Both the position numbers and the translations under genes were made by a program. Of a stretch of 37,651 bases of DNA, positions 1-13,055 are shown in pieces. The stretch covers positions 1 to 37,651 of the forward strand of contig NIVC01004701.1 in the NCBI GenBank assembly GCA_002269645.1, given 5' to 3'. The notes below the pieces were generated by a model. The model was not told where the DNA came from, did not search any database, and saw only the letters and a program-made list of their open reading frames with translations. Each line of letters opens with the position of its first letter. Within the stretch, counting starts at the first letter, position 1. The DNA is from Macrostomum lignano (lineage: Eukaryota).

Positions 1-352
1 TGTGAGTGGGAGGGAGAGAGATGTGAGAGGAAGGGAGAGAGATGTAAGAGGGAGGGAGAGAGATGTGAGAGGGAGGGAGAGAGTGAGAGGGAGGGAGAGA
101 GATGTGAGAGGGAGGGAGAGAGAATGTGAGAGGGAGTTGTGAGAGGGAGGGAGAGAGATGTAGAGGGAGGGAGAGAGATGTGAGAGGAGGGAGAGAGATG
201 TGAGAGGGAGTTGTGAGAGGGAGGGAGAGAGATGTGAGAGGGAGGTAGAGAGATGTGAGAGAGGGAGAGATGTGAGAGGGAGTTGTGAGAGGGTGGGAGA
301 GAGGTATGAGACGGACGGAGATGTAAAAAGGAGGTAGAGAGATGTGAGAGGG
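1..352. repeat. GA-rich compound microsatellite (units such as GAGAGGGAGGGAGAGAGATGT)
   Basis: Directly visible degenerate purine repeat running off the left edge of the window. Confidence 0.95.
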
Positions 353-1392
353 AGAGAGGGTTTAGCAAATGGAATAAAACGACTGAGGAATTACGGATGC
401 AACGCTAGAATACACACATGTAGGCAGCTAAGGACATGGAGACAGGTAAACAGCCTAGAAGACAGAAGCAGCTTGAATATTTTGTCTATCGAAATAGACA
501 AAGTCTTAAAATCTATAAGTTCATAAATTTAAAAGCAATGAAAGATTCAAAAAGAAAAAGGCGGTCATACACACGTGGCTTGAACATCCAAGGAATCTAC
601 AACAATAAACAAATCCTTGAGAGATGCTTTTAACCCCTCTCCAAATTTCAAGTGGTTTTTTCTTCAATCAATTCTTCGAAAGGCTTTTTTAGTCGTTTTT
701 TTTTCAAGTCATCATACACTCAGTGTAGTATAAACAGATTTTACAGCACTTCACAAACATTTTTATGGGCCACTAAACATCCAAGGCTAAGATTTTAAGT
801 AATAATAATAATTTGATTTTACATACTCAGGAAGACTCTGGACACCCTGGACAGACATGGTCCCACGCAACCAGCGCCGAGGCAATTCTGACCAATTCTG
901 AGCACATACTGTACGCAGGCATGCACTGACTTTCAAAGACTCAGACGGCGCGGTCAACGCTATGACCAGCGGTAGAGTTTTAGATAGATGCGATTTTTAT
1001 GAAAAAAACACGCTACCACAACGCACCTCTCCTCTATCCCCCCTAGAGGCAGAAAGTAGGAAGACTACAAGGAAAGAAATAAGAATAGAAGAAATTGAAA
1101 GTTTCTGCAGACAAACGGATAGATAGCTGGCGGTGGACGATGGTGTCTGTATGATAGAAGACAAGCAAAAGAAGAAGAAGCAGAGCAGCGGCACAGCGCA
1201 GCAGCAGCAACAGCTGCCCCACACGGATATGACATGCAAATTGCAAAGTCTTTCTTCTATCAGCCGGCCCGGCAACACAATCCTGCCGACGGGTATATTA
1301 GCCAGAGAAGAGAAAAAGGCGTCGGATCTGTTTCAGTTAGCTAGAAGAAGACGCTTTTTCTCGATTAGCTAAGCAGCACCAAGGGAAGGAAG

Positions 1393-1395
<3 letters not shown>

Positions 1396-1456
<61 letters not shown>
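1396..1456. repeat. (CA)n microsatellite, about 30 units
   Basis: Uninterrupted CA run. Confidence 0.98.
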
Positions 1457-1458
<2 letters not shown>

Positions 1459-1632
1459 GCCACATGTGCGAACCACATGCTAGCTATGGGAGCAATTGCG
1501 GCCTAACACCACAGTCTCCACAGCTTGTGTCCTGGCCCCGAACTAATAAATGACAAAACCTTTTCAAAGTTATTAACGCCGCCAGAATCGTAAAAAGCTG
1601 CGCAGCTCGCGCTTAGAATCGGTTTTCTTCAG

Positions 1633-2010
1633 ACTGAAAACTTTTCTGCTTCTTTTTTTCTTAAGAAAACTGATGGACACCCTCTGATCAAGCTTGCTGG
1701 CGCCCCTGATACTGATGGCGCCCCTGGTGCTGATGGCGCCCCTGGTGCTAAAGCCCCTGGTGCTGGCACCCCTGGTGCTAAAGCCCCTGGTGCTGGCCCC
1801 CCTGGAGCTAAAGCTCCGTTGACTGACGCCACAATTGCTGGCATTTCTATTATCAAGCGTCCTGACAGCGTTAATTTGGCTGTTGCTGACTATATAAAAG
1901 AGCATACATTTGCATTGTTATCCGGGGCTCATCAATCATGCCACAGTCGTGCCAAAAGTCTCAGTTTTTGGAAGAATGCAGCCAAAAGTTGGTTAGAATG
2001 CAGCGGTTAA
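1633..2010 (+). CDS. Candidate coding exon with Gly/Ala/Pro repeats (GAPGAD/APGAK); product unknown
   Basis: Frame +1 is stop-free from about 1594 to TAA 2008-2010, with a candidate acceptor TTTTCTTCAG ending at 1632. Repeat units are 18 and 15 bp (multiples of 3), and the last unit differs at synonymous third positions in this frame (GGT>GGA, GCC>GCT, CCT>CCG). No ATG in the exon; partner exons not identified. Confidence 0.4.
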   Translation, partial: TENFSASFFLKKTDGHPLIKLAGAPDTDGAPGADGAPGAKAPGAGTPGAKAPGAGPPGAKAPLTDATIAGISIIKRPDSVNLAVADYIKEHTFALLSGAHQSCHSRAKSLSFWKNAAKSWLECSG

Positions 2011-3649
2011 AGCATAGGAGCCATGACAGCGCATTACCGCAGCTCAACTGAGAACTGATCTAAGCTGGAGATCGTGTCGTGTCAACGCGCAGTGCGGGTA
2101 AAGCGGCATTATAAAACTACTCAAATGTCCAGCCAAGCCCCACACATTTCTCTCTCTCCTGTTCCTCTCTTTCCTCTATAGCACACGCCACACACCATGC
2201 GCGAGATCTTCTCACTTCTCATACACTCTATAGCGCCTACAACTCTTGCCTCAAAATCTGCATTGTCCCTTCACCAGTAACCCACTGCTAACTAACCAAA
2301 CCGCCTACTAAGCCCTCCCTTACCTCATCACAATTGAGCCACCAGTGTAGAGAGAGAAATAGGAGGACTTAGGGGTGGTTAGTAAGGCTCATTAACACTA
2401 GGAGAATTGGAATAATAGAGCTTAGCAGAAGCTCAGCCTGAGCACTAGCGCACGCACACACACACACACACAGAGCGACTAAACTAACACCCCAAAAACC
2501 TAATGTCACACCATGAGCGTGTATGCATAATGTTAATTATTATTAATAACGCATACCAACTAACACGCACACACACACGCATACATATATGATTCATTAC
2601 AAACCGGGCACATAACTTCTCTCCTTTCCTCTCCCTCTCTCCCTATACATTTCTTCCCCGTCGACACATGGACGAGCAAGAGACAAAGAAAAATGGAGAG
2701 AGAGAGAGGTGTATGCAGGGAGAAAAAAGTTAAGCTCTATTCTGAAAGGTTTAAGCTACCGCACGGTGTGAATGAGTGTGTTGTGGTAGAAACTAGGCCT
2801 TTTTAGATTGGCGAATGAATGAATCTGAAGCTTAGCTTTAACAAAAGTGGGAAACACACACGGATAGAAAAAGTAGAATTCAGTGGCACTGAGGCTAGAA
2901 GCTTTAGACACGCACACACAGAAGCAGACAAGGCGTTATGCCAGTACTACAGCAGCAGCAGCAGCAGCAGCCGTAACCCTCGTCCCTAGAAGAAGAAAGA
3001 AACCACACAGAGAATGGGGAACACTGGCAAGGCTCTGACCCCTCTCTCACCCCCCACAAAACCGCCCACCCCTCATTCCCCTCCCTTAAGGCAGTAGGCT
3101 TATAAAAGCCAGATAGAAATAATGTGTGGACACGACGCCCACAGCTGTGTGGCAACTGCTTACTGCCGTCCTTCGCTGCATCCAACTAACGCACCAAAAA
3201 ACCGACCACCCCGATAGACAGCCACACACACACACACACACACAAAGCTAACACCAAAGTCTTCACTTCACCTCTCTCCCCCTCTCCCTCCCTCTTTCTA
3301 TCTGACACTTTTGCTGTCAACTGTCCGCCACCCAACTCCCTTGCAGCCTGCCTAAACTTCACGACGACAGACGCAGGCTGGGCTCTCCCCAATCTCCCCC
3401 CACCCTATAGCGACAGAAGCAAACAGGAGGCCCTGAGGCCTCCCAGTTTACAGTGTATAATCAATACTCTTTCTGTGCTTTAGAGTCTGCATTGAGTAGT
3501 GCAAGCTTTCAATCGATATGAATGACTTAATTTATTATTAATATTCATAATTGCCCATAAATTTTATTGAAACCTAGCTTATTCATCTGATTCTGAACAA
3601 GATATCATTAACTCTTCATTAAGCCTTCCGTTACTGCCCTCTACTTCTT

Positions 3650-4255
3650 GCCACTACCTCCATTTACTCACTCTACTTCTACCTCTCTTCTGACTCTACT
3701 TCTCACTCTACCTCTCATCTACTCACTCTACTCGACACTACCTCCTATCTACTCACTCTACTCGGCACTACCTCCATCTACTCACTCTACTCGGCACTAC
3801 CTCCTATCTACTCACTCTACTCGACACTACCTCTCATCTACTCACTCTACTCGGCATTACCTCCCATCTACTCACTCTACTCGGCACTACCTCCCATCTA
3901 CTTACTCTACTCGGCACTACCTCCCATCTACTTACTCTACTTCTCCCCACTAGCTCCTATATACTCACTGTACTCGGCACTAGCTCCCATCTACTCACTC
4001 TACTCGGCACTACCTCCCATCTACTCACTCTACTCGGCACTACCTCACATCTACTCACTCTACTCGGCACTACCTCCCATCTACTCACTCTACTCGGCAC
4101 TACCTCACATCTACTCACTCTACTCGGCACTACCTCCATCTACTCACTCTACTCGGCACTACCTCCCATCTACTCACTCTACTCGGCACTACCTCCCATC
4201 TACTCACTCTACTCGGCATTACCTCCCATCTACTTACTCTACTTCTCCCAACAAC
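3650..4255. repeat. 30-bp minisatellite (CTACCTCCCATCTACTCACTCTACTCGGCA), about 20 copies
   Basis: Visible tandem array; it explains ORFs 3648..3953 and 3957..4139. Confidence 0.95.
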
Positions 4256-4674
4256 CTCCATCTTTTTAATACATAATAGTATAGGTGTATAGCTTTGTTA
4301 ATCTTCTCATATACTAAAAATTATGGTTTTAAAACTTTTACAATGCCTAAATAATAATTAGGAACGCAATTGTTATTCGTACAAACTGTATAGGAAATTA
4401 TATAGCAAACAGTGGTTGCTCAGACTAGCGGGAGCCGCAACTGTGGGAAAAGGTGAAAACATGGCGGAGAAAGAGATGAAAAAGTCTGAGACAGGGCTAC
4501 GCCCGGACCCAACAAGATGCAGTTTTATATTGAATTATAAAACTGCACCATGGAGAAAGTATGACTAACTGTTCCGATTGTTCAGTATTGTATTAAAAGA
4601 GAAAAAACATTGCTTCGGGATTAGCTGGAACTGACAAAGTAGGAACAGAAGCAGACAAGTAAATATTGATAAAG

Positions 4675-5205
4675 ATGAGTAGAACTGGAGACATGAATAA
4701 AGCTGGAGAGACGTGAGTAGAGATGGAGAGATATGAGTGAAGCTGGAGAGACGTTAGTAGAACTGGACATGAGTAGACATTGAGAGACATGAGTAGAGCT
4801 GGAGAGCCATGAGTAGAGCTGGAGAGAAATAAGTAGAGATGAAGGGACATGAAAAGAAATGGAGAGACATGAGTAGAGATTGATAAACATGAGTACAGAT
4901 GGAAAGATATGAGTACAGATGGAGAGACATGAGTAGAGATTGATAAACATGAGTACAGATGGAAATATATGAGTACAGATGGAGAGACATGAGTAGAGAT
5001 TGATAAACATGAGTACAGATGGAAAGATATGAGTACAGATGGAGAGACATGTGTAGAGATTGATAAACATGAGTACAGATGGGAAGATATGAGTAGAATT
5101 GGAGACTGGAGAGACATGAGTAGAGATTGATAAACATGAGTACAGATGGAAAGACATGAGTAGAAGTGGAGAGACATGAGAGTAGTCTCTCCACTAGAGT
5201 AGAGA
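4675..5205. repeat. 20-bp minisatellite (GAGTAGAGATGGAGAGACAT) with a 60-bp higher-order unit at about 4871-5100
   Basis: The 60-mer GAGTAGAGATTGATAAACAT-GAGTACAGATGGAAAGATAT-GAGTACAGATGGAGAGACAT recurs about 4 times; it explains the three overlapping minus-strand ORFs. Confidence 0.95.
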
Positions 5206-7805
5206 GTACATAGCGCAGGCATTACACCAGCCCAGCTAACTGAAACAAATCATTCAGATAAACAAATCTAATTGTTAATTTTTAATTAGCCAAAAAGCCG
5301 CGAAAACCCACAGCCCGGCACGAACAGAGGGCTCGCAGTTTTATTTTTATTACTATTTAAAAAATGAGCAAATATCACCACTTGGCACGTAATACGGGGT
5401 TGGACAGGCAGTAAGAGAAGAGCAGTATGCATATTCAATAACAAAACCACTCACAGTTCGGATAGCTGACAGTCTCGCGGAAACATCTCGGCTGTCAATT
5501 CGCTAATATTGTTTCTGCCAAGGTGTAAACTTCTCAGGTTAGGCAAAGCTATTAGGCTGGCCTCCGTCCAAGACTGGATTGCATTGTGATTTCTGCAAAC
5601 AAAACAAGAGAGAGGGAGAGAGAAAGATTACACACAGATAGAAGATATAACTGATGAAGATGCTTGTTTCTGAACCTATTCTCTGGCACGCGCACAGAAG
5701 ACCAAGGCTTTCCCAGCGAGCACACAGAAACCAGCGGCTTGGTAGGTAAGGCAGGCAGAAAAAGAGAGAAAAGACCTACTAGTCAGTTTGAGTTGAATAC
5801 GTGACTGAAAGGCGATCTCTCTTTGCTCACTGGGTCTGCCCGCATTATGCTGTTCACAGAGAGAAAAACACCCAGCTTCACGCATCATCAGAGATGGCAG
5901 CGAGAGAGAGAAAGAGAGAATTAGCACTAAAGAAGACAGCCCCAGACTGAAGAAAACTATATTTCTGATTCTTATCTAAAACACGTTAGATAACGATCAA
6001 GAGCTACTTAGCAGCTCTAAAATTATTCTATAGAATGAAACTCTCTGCAGGTTGGTAAGGAATAAAATAGGGATAAAATAAATCCGCACAAGTCGGTGAC
6101 GGGGATACTAAGAGACAATGCCAGGCAGAGATGGACGCGAGACTATGACGCTGGTGCGACGTAAATATTTAATAAATGCAGTTGGAGTGTTAAAAATATA
6201 TATATAAAAGATACTGGATATATCACTTACAGCACAAGTTTAATTAGCGACTGATGCCGATCGCGAAACACTGGCAGAGTTGTCAAACCGGATCTGACAA
6301 TTTTTCTGCGGAAGATTTTTATATTATTTGACTTTGAAATTACGCTTCAACCCTAGACTAATTATGTGCCGACGCTTTTCATTAGTAAAAATACAGTCAT
6401 AGTTACTCCAGCCGTTTACCCGTGATGTAATTTTTTTTAAATTATCGATTATAACTTCATATGGTTCAGGTAAATACAGTCAACGTTTTAGTGAGTTAAA
6501 GGAGGGGAAGGTCGGGGAGCCACTATGGCCGCTATTGTGTGAAGGGCAAGGTAGGTCGGAGAGGAGGGAGGGGGAGAATCAAAAAACGAAAATGAGTCAC
6601 TCGCTATACACTCCACTAAGGACGGGAGCGGTTGAGCTTATAGGTTAGGCAGGGTTAGGACCAAGCAGTCAAGATTTCCCTTCTTCTTCATCTAGCTTTA
6701 TTAAACATAGCAAAAAATTGAAGTAAATTTCTCACTTTCCCTTGACACCGCTTTATAAGGGCCTATAGCAACTAATACAAGCTGAGTAGTTAGAGTCGAC
6801 CCAACTTGACACTTACAGAGTAGTTAGCCGGGGAAAATGGGCCAGAAAGTTTTCATCCAACGTGTGCGCGGCCACCGCATTGTTGCTGATGTTGCTGCAA
6901 CGAGGAAATAAAGGAAGGAATGAGTTTTAGGTTTTTACAGAGAGACTGAAAGGAAAAAAGTTTGTCATTGCTTTTTCCTGTGCAAACTGTTGGGAATAGC
7001 AGGGTGAATTTAACTCGGCTTGCAGGAAGTTAAGGCGCAACACTTCCTGGCTAAATGTTCCAGCAAAAACTGCTAATCCTGGGTCTTTTTTTTAACCAAA
7101 AAATATGTTTAAAGAAAAAAACAGAAGAAGCTAAACTTACAGTTCGCTTAAACGTTCCAGCACATGTAGATTTCTTGAGGACAGGTCAACATTCTGGCTA
7201 ATGGTACTGCAATTGGGTGGGAAAGTGTTTAGATTTGTTAGATAAGTTAGATTTAGAAATATTGCACACATCATCAAGTCAAGATGAACATTGAGCAATG
7301 CATTAGAGCAAAGATTATGGTTAATTTTAACTTCTTTATACTTCACAAAATGGAGTATGATATGCTACCCAAGTATAGGTAGGATGGAATCTTGGTAATG
7401 ATCAAATATGATATCTCAATGTGCTGATATGTTACCTAGGCATCCTAATCCCCAATAATCCCAAAATCCTAGCAAAAGTAGAATCCCAAACTTGCTCAAC
7501 CATAGAACTTGATCTGATCAAACATTTATATTCAAGATCTAGGGGATGCTAGCTATTAGGAGATGATTGCTATCTAAGGAATGCATTTGGCTAAGGGGAA
7601 TGCCTATTATTTTTGTGAAGGCTTTATTTTCTTGTATACTTCTGTTACTTTTAGACAAAAAGATTCATAGCAAGCATCTTTGTCAATGACAATTTCACTT
7701 GAATAAGATGATTCATAAAACTGAAGAAAGAGTTGGTTCTTAAGAAAATGTACTTTTTTTTAATTTAATGGATATGCATAAATAATTTTTGCTCTTTGCT
7801 TATTG

Positions 7806-7836
7806 AGTGCCCCAAATGGGGGCACTAGATTGCTAG
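7806..7836 (+). mobile_element. Probable Helitron 3' terminus (GC-rich hairpin + CTAG followed by T)
   Basis: AGTGCCCC-aaatg-GGGGCACT hairpin (7806-7826), 6-nt spacer, CTAG 7833-7836, then T. This matches the established Helitron 3'-end signature. The 5' TC end was not located. Confidence 0.45.
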
Positions 7837-8430
7837 TCTTATATCTATATGCCTAACTTTATAATTTAAACAATATACATATATCTAAGTATATTATAAT
7901 AGCTATTATCTTTAAAATAATAAGTTAGTATCATTTCAAATCCCTAATAGAATATTTTTTCAGAAACCTATTAAAGATATACAGCAAATACCATCTTAAA
8001 CTTTGAAGCATATTATGTCATATTGCCATTATAATTGTAGAAGGGCCTATGTTTATTCCAAGAAAATTAGTATGTTTCCGCGAAATTAAATTACCGCCAA
8101 ATAACAAGTACCATATATTTTTGTTTTACTACACCATTTGTTTTAAGTGTATGAATTTTTGTTTTAGCGAAGCGAATAAATTTGTTTTAATTCAATGTTG
8201 TAGCGCAAACCAATAGGGAAAGACTTTGATTAGTATAAATACAAGGCCAAAAACGAAACATTTCTTTAACTCGACCTCGACCTTTCGGGTTCCTAACTCA
8301 GTTAACAGGAAATTAAGATTTCTTGGTTCTTCTGAATTAGTCATTTGAAGCAGTATTGCAGACTAAGTTGCCGTGTTGGATAGCAAGAGCGTTTTGCTAG
8401 TACAGTGATAGGCAGGGATTGCCAGTAAAG

Positions 8431-8520
8431 AGGGTGGAATACCCCAGTGTAAAGGGTGGAATACCCAGTAAGAAGGGTGGAATACCCAGTAAGAAGGGTG
8501 GAAATACCCAGTGAAGAAGG
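8431..8520. repeat. About 21-bp tandem repeat x4 (AGGGTGGAATACCCAGTAAGA)
   Basis: Four visible copies, each with a GGGT..ACCC mini-hairpin. Confidence 0.9.
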
Positions 8521-9430
8521 TAAATTGTCCAGGCTGTTGCAGCTAAGTGTGATGCAGTTCTAAGTCGTGAGAGACAGTACTAAAAAGCCGGGAACCCCTT
8601 GGTCTGTGGTAACGCCGTGTTGGACTGATTAGTTGAGGAATTAGTAATAACAGTAGTAGTCAGCAGTGTCTTGCCGCTTGGGCACTGAAGCTACCCAGGG
8701 TAATTCGTATCGACCATAGCCCATAGCGTATAAAGTACAAAAGTAGGATTCTTAGAAATAATAGATTCAGTACAATTTAGTGAGATCGCAAGAGAGAGAA
8801 ATACATTTCTATAGCAACTTGGTAACAGCAGTGGGATTTTAAGGGCAGAAGGATCCCCTAGTACAACTTGGTGACAAATCAGTGAGATGTTATTAGAAAG
8901 GATAGGAGAAAGCCTGGCACATAATTTATATATTTATTTTTTTACACTAATATAATACATTGCATTATCATTAGATTATGATATTCCCATACAATATTTC
9001 AATTAATCTATGGACTATGCTTCAATTTATCATATTAGATATATATTATTTTCTACATTATGCTATAGAGCTAAGATTCAATTTTGTACTAAACAGTTCC
9101 ATAAAAATACAAATTAATCTAATATAAAGCTTCAAAGTAGACATATGTAGTTTTTATTGCCTTAGACCCTATTAGAACATGCTAATTAATCATTTTAATT
9201 TAAACAAAATTAAGAAATCTAATATAATTTTTTAGCATATCAAATGTTCTATACTATTATACATTGCTAATAATTATGAAAGGCTTATCTTTACAATATA
9301 TTTTCATTTCTTTATTTCATTTCTTTACAACATTTTGTTAAGACTACTTTTTATTTGAAGCTATAAAAATAACTTGATTTAAATCACAAAAGTCAAAAAG
9401 AACTTAGAAATGTTATAAGCCCTTAATTAT

Positions 9431-10328
9431 TAGTGTTCCACCGTAATTACGGCTACGGCTATGGCAAATTACGGCTACAACACTTTTGAAGCCGTATTTT
9501 CATTACGGATTACGGTTACGGACATATTTTGAGCTTACGGTTACGGTTGCGGATTATGGAGATTTTTCTAGACTTGCCGTAATTGGTAGCCGTAACAAAA
9601 ATTATTTGTTTTTAACTGTTTAGTGTTATAAAAGAATTTTTTTTTATATCAACTTCAACCAGTTTTCATTTTGTTTTACTAGTTATTATTTTTTTACATT
9701 TGTTAAGTTTCTAAATATCTACGAAACTTTTTGAAAACGAAAAACGATTTTTTTCACGAATTTTGTAAATGTAACGAAAACGTTACAAAAATGTAACATA
9801 CAATTTCTTAGTCATCGGAAATTTTGAAGCAGTTTTATTTGAACAAATTCATATATTTATATATTGTATTAAACATAATATAATAATTAAACATGATATT
9901 AAACATACACATTGACCTTGGCACGTCAGTCATAGATTCATATTGTAGCGAAACAAAACAGAATCACGACACAGAAAACTGAAAAAGGCACCAAGCACAC
10001 AATTGCATACAACAATGCTATAGAATACTTAGATAAAGATAATAAGATATTATATTTACAAAAAAATAAATGAATATTAATGCATGAACGAACAACAAGT
10101 AGGTTTTATTGCTATCCTTTTATCCTTTTTATCTGTCCTTTTCTGTCTGCCCCACTTTTCATGCAAAAATATCAATTTTTGTTATACATTACGGCTACGG
10201 TTACGGCAAATTACGGTTACGGACTTTTTTAGCCCGTAATGACGGCAAAATTCGGCTACAGAAGTTGCTTCTTTCTTACGGCTACGGTTACGGTTACGGA
10301 GGTCAAAACTCGCGGCGGCGGAACACTA
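9431..10328. mobile_element. Non-autonomous hAT-superfamily DNA transposon (MITE/Ds-like), 898 bp
   Basis: 13-bp TIRs TAGTGTTCCACCG (9431-9443) and CGGCGGAACACTA (10316-10328), 12/13 match. 8-bp TSD TTAATTAT (9423-9430) / CTAATTAT (10329-10336), 7/8 match. Clustered subterminal (T/C)TACGG hexamers at both ends; AT-rich non-coding interior. Confidence 0.88.
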
Positions 10329-11386
10329 CTAATTATATATAAATAGAGCTTAAATATAACTTGATGCTTAAGCCAAGGATTAGAATCATAAGATAGGGCA
10401 ATCTAATAAATAATTTGAATCAATAAGGCCTAAGGGCTAAGCTTATAGCTAAATAAAATCAAATAAAAATGAAAACTTACAGGTATTGAATATTTGGTGA
10501 TATCCGAGACGATGAAAGAAGTTCTGCTAATGTTCTTTGGTCTGTTTTTTGGTCAGATGTTGTTCCAGTACAGGTCGCATGAAGGCCCAGAATATAGCAG
10601 GTGTTTTTATCACTAAGAGACCTAAAGTTCCTAGGCCTATGGCTATACCTGTACCAGCTCAACTTTCCAGACCCACGCTGTCGAAAAGAGCTGCCACTTG
10701 TCTGCTTTTTAAGTGCAGCTGATACATTAAGCACCGTACTGGCTGTAGCAATGCAAAGCAAAACTGAAACGGCTTGAGAGCCGCTTAAGCACAGCATTGT
10801 AAATTGAATTGCAAACTTTTTACAAAAAATGAATCAGTGATCCTGCTGAAAGCTTATTGCTGATAATCAATCCAATTCTAAGCTGACTATACATTCTGGC
10901 TCGACTAGCTATAGCTAGCAAGTCGGCTCAGCAGCAGTTGCGCACGGGCGCAGTCGCCGCAATGCTATTTCGAGCACAGATTTCGCTAGGCCTAGGATAT
11001 CAAAAAATCGCTCTGGTTTTTACAAGAATAGTCCCTAAATAGAACACTAGGTAGTAAACTATTGATGATGCTACGTTTTCGGCAAGTAGACTTTGATTAA
11101 AAAACGTACACAGTTTTATTCAGATATAAGTTAAATTTAGTCATTAGCTGCAGACCGTGGCTGGGCATTGCAGATGATTTTAAAACGCAACGTTTTAAAA
11201 ACTAACGACATTAACAAATAAGTTACACTAATATACAGATAATTAGCAATATGGGAAATAATTGTGAACTCTAAAAATTTTCTTTATATTTTAAAATTGA
11301 AGTACAGCCTGAGCCTTCTATTCACAAATATAGCGACGCGTATGTTTTCGACGGCAGTTTTTGTATTTGTACTGTGATTGCTGATG

Positions 11387-11605
11387 TGTCAAGGCTTACT
11401 GGGGGAATCGCTGAGATTTCCAGGCTTAATGGAGGAATTGTTGATGTCAAGGCTTGCGGGGGGAATTGCTGAGATGCCAAAGACTTACTGGGGAAATTGC
11501 TTAGGTGTCAAGTCTTCTGCAGGGGGATTGCTGAGATGATGTCATTTTAAGAGGCTTATAAATACTGGGGGAATGGGTAAGACTTCAAGGCTTACGGGGG
11601 GGAAT
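11387..11605. repeat. Degenerate ~30-bp tandem repeat (GTCAAGGCTTACTGGGGGAATTGCTGAGAT-like), 6-7 copies
   Basis: Recurring TCAAGGCTT, GGGGGAATT and GCTGAGAT modules. Confidence 0.8.
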
Positions 11606-13055
11606 AAGTCGTTTTTTTAATAACAATGCTACTGTAAAATACTATGCACATGTGCATACGCTGCATGGCGCGTTCATACATGTGATGTGTAAACTAAAGT
11701 AATTGTACCATTGACCGACCAATTATATAGCAGTATATATACTGCATGCTAACTTGGTCCTTGTTCTGTACACGTAGCAGCAAGTTGAATTTTTTTACAG
11801 CGTTAACACAGGTATTTAAAGTTTTTCGCGTCGCTGCTAAAGCTTTCCCATCCAGGTAATGCATGATCGAAGCATTATACTCGTATTGTCTGAGAACTGC
11901 ACACAAACTAAAACACCTTACACTGTACATGTAGATTGGCCATGAGCCAAAAATGCAATACATATACATATATTTAATCCCTAGAAGACATTGGCGTGTT
12001 GATTCTTAACAGATCTTATCTATCTTCTTGGGTTGCTGCTTACTAGCTAACTTACCAGATCTGGGCGACTTGCTACATCGTACAAGATCTTAATTTTTAT
12101 ATCTTTTTATAGCTTCGAATCGCACATTTTATTTAATTTTTTGTCCCATTTTGCCATAAAATAAAAAATAATAAAGCTAGAACACTTTTGCCAAATGAAT
12201 GACAAAACAAATGTACATGTACATGTACCTCCCTTCTTAGAAGATCCTGCAAGAACCGAGCAGATTGAGAAGATCTGCTAAGTTTGAGAAACAGAATGTC
12301 CTCTAGGGACATGATGCACTTAATTGCGAAGGGTTAAAGAGCAAGGTACACTGTAGTAAGATTTTTGACGCTACAATGTACATAATGTACCAGCGTACAT
12401 GACTGATGTACATGTATTTGTACTGAAGCAAATTCGTTTTAAATGTATACATTATGCATGCATATTAATGTCATTTTTGGATTTAAATGTGGATGTACAT
12501 AAGAGTTGTAAATATATAAAACCATGGATAACAGGGAAAAATGAACTGTTCTTGCTAGTATAAATGTACGAACTACATCACATGTAGAACATAATTTGCA
12601 CTACGTGTACATATAATGTATATAACTTTATGGCAGTTTGAAGAGAACCCCGGTAGCAGCTTTTTGGCAGTTTGGAGAACCGGTGTGATACTTTTACATG
12701 TACACTGTATAGCTATAGCAGCTCCTAAGCAGCATTTTATTTTAAGCATGAAAAACTATACAGAAATTTTACCAAATATTCAACAAAAACAAAAAAACTC
12801 ATGCCTATAGATGCTCACTACACAACAAAAGGAAACACAAAGTTTAGAATCGATTTTAAATAATGAAACATTCAAATTTAGTTTCAGCTTAAATAATTCA
12901 CTTTGTAAAGGTTTCCTTAATACAGTAGTGTACATGTACGAGAGTGCGTGTGCCAAGAAAATGAAAGATTTTATCATAGGACTTTAGTAAGAGACACCTA
13001 AAATAGACAACGCACTATAGCCACGAATTCGACCAATTAATTGTCGAACAGTCAG

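Noticed and set aside
3648-5222. Repetitive ORFs (STHSTRHY, EVVPSRVSR, HLYSCLSIST)
   Set aside because: They are translations of 30-bp and 20/60-bp minisatellites in several frames at once.
10109-10342. GYGYG-containing ORF
   Set aside because: It is a translation of the hAT subterminal TACGG repeats.
10481-10742. Possible minus-strand exon (TTGCTACAG acceptor, CT|GTAAGT donor, open frame)
   Set aside because: No recognisable product or partner exons; too weak to call, though RNA-seq could rescue it.
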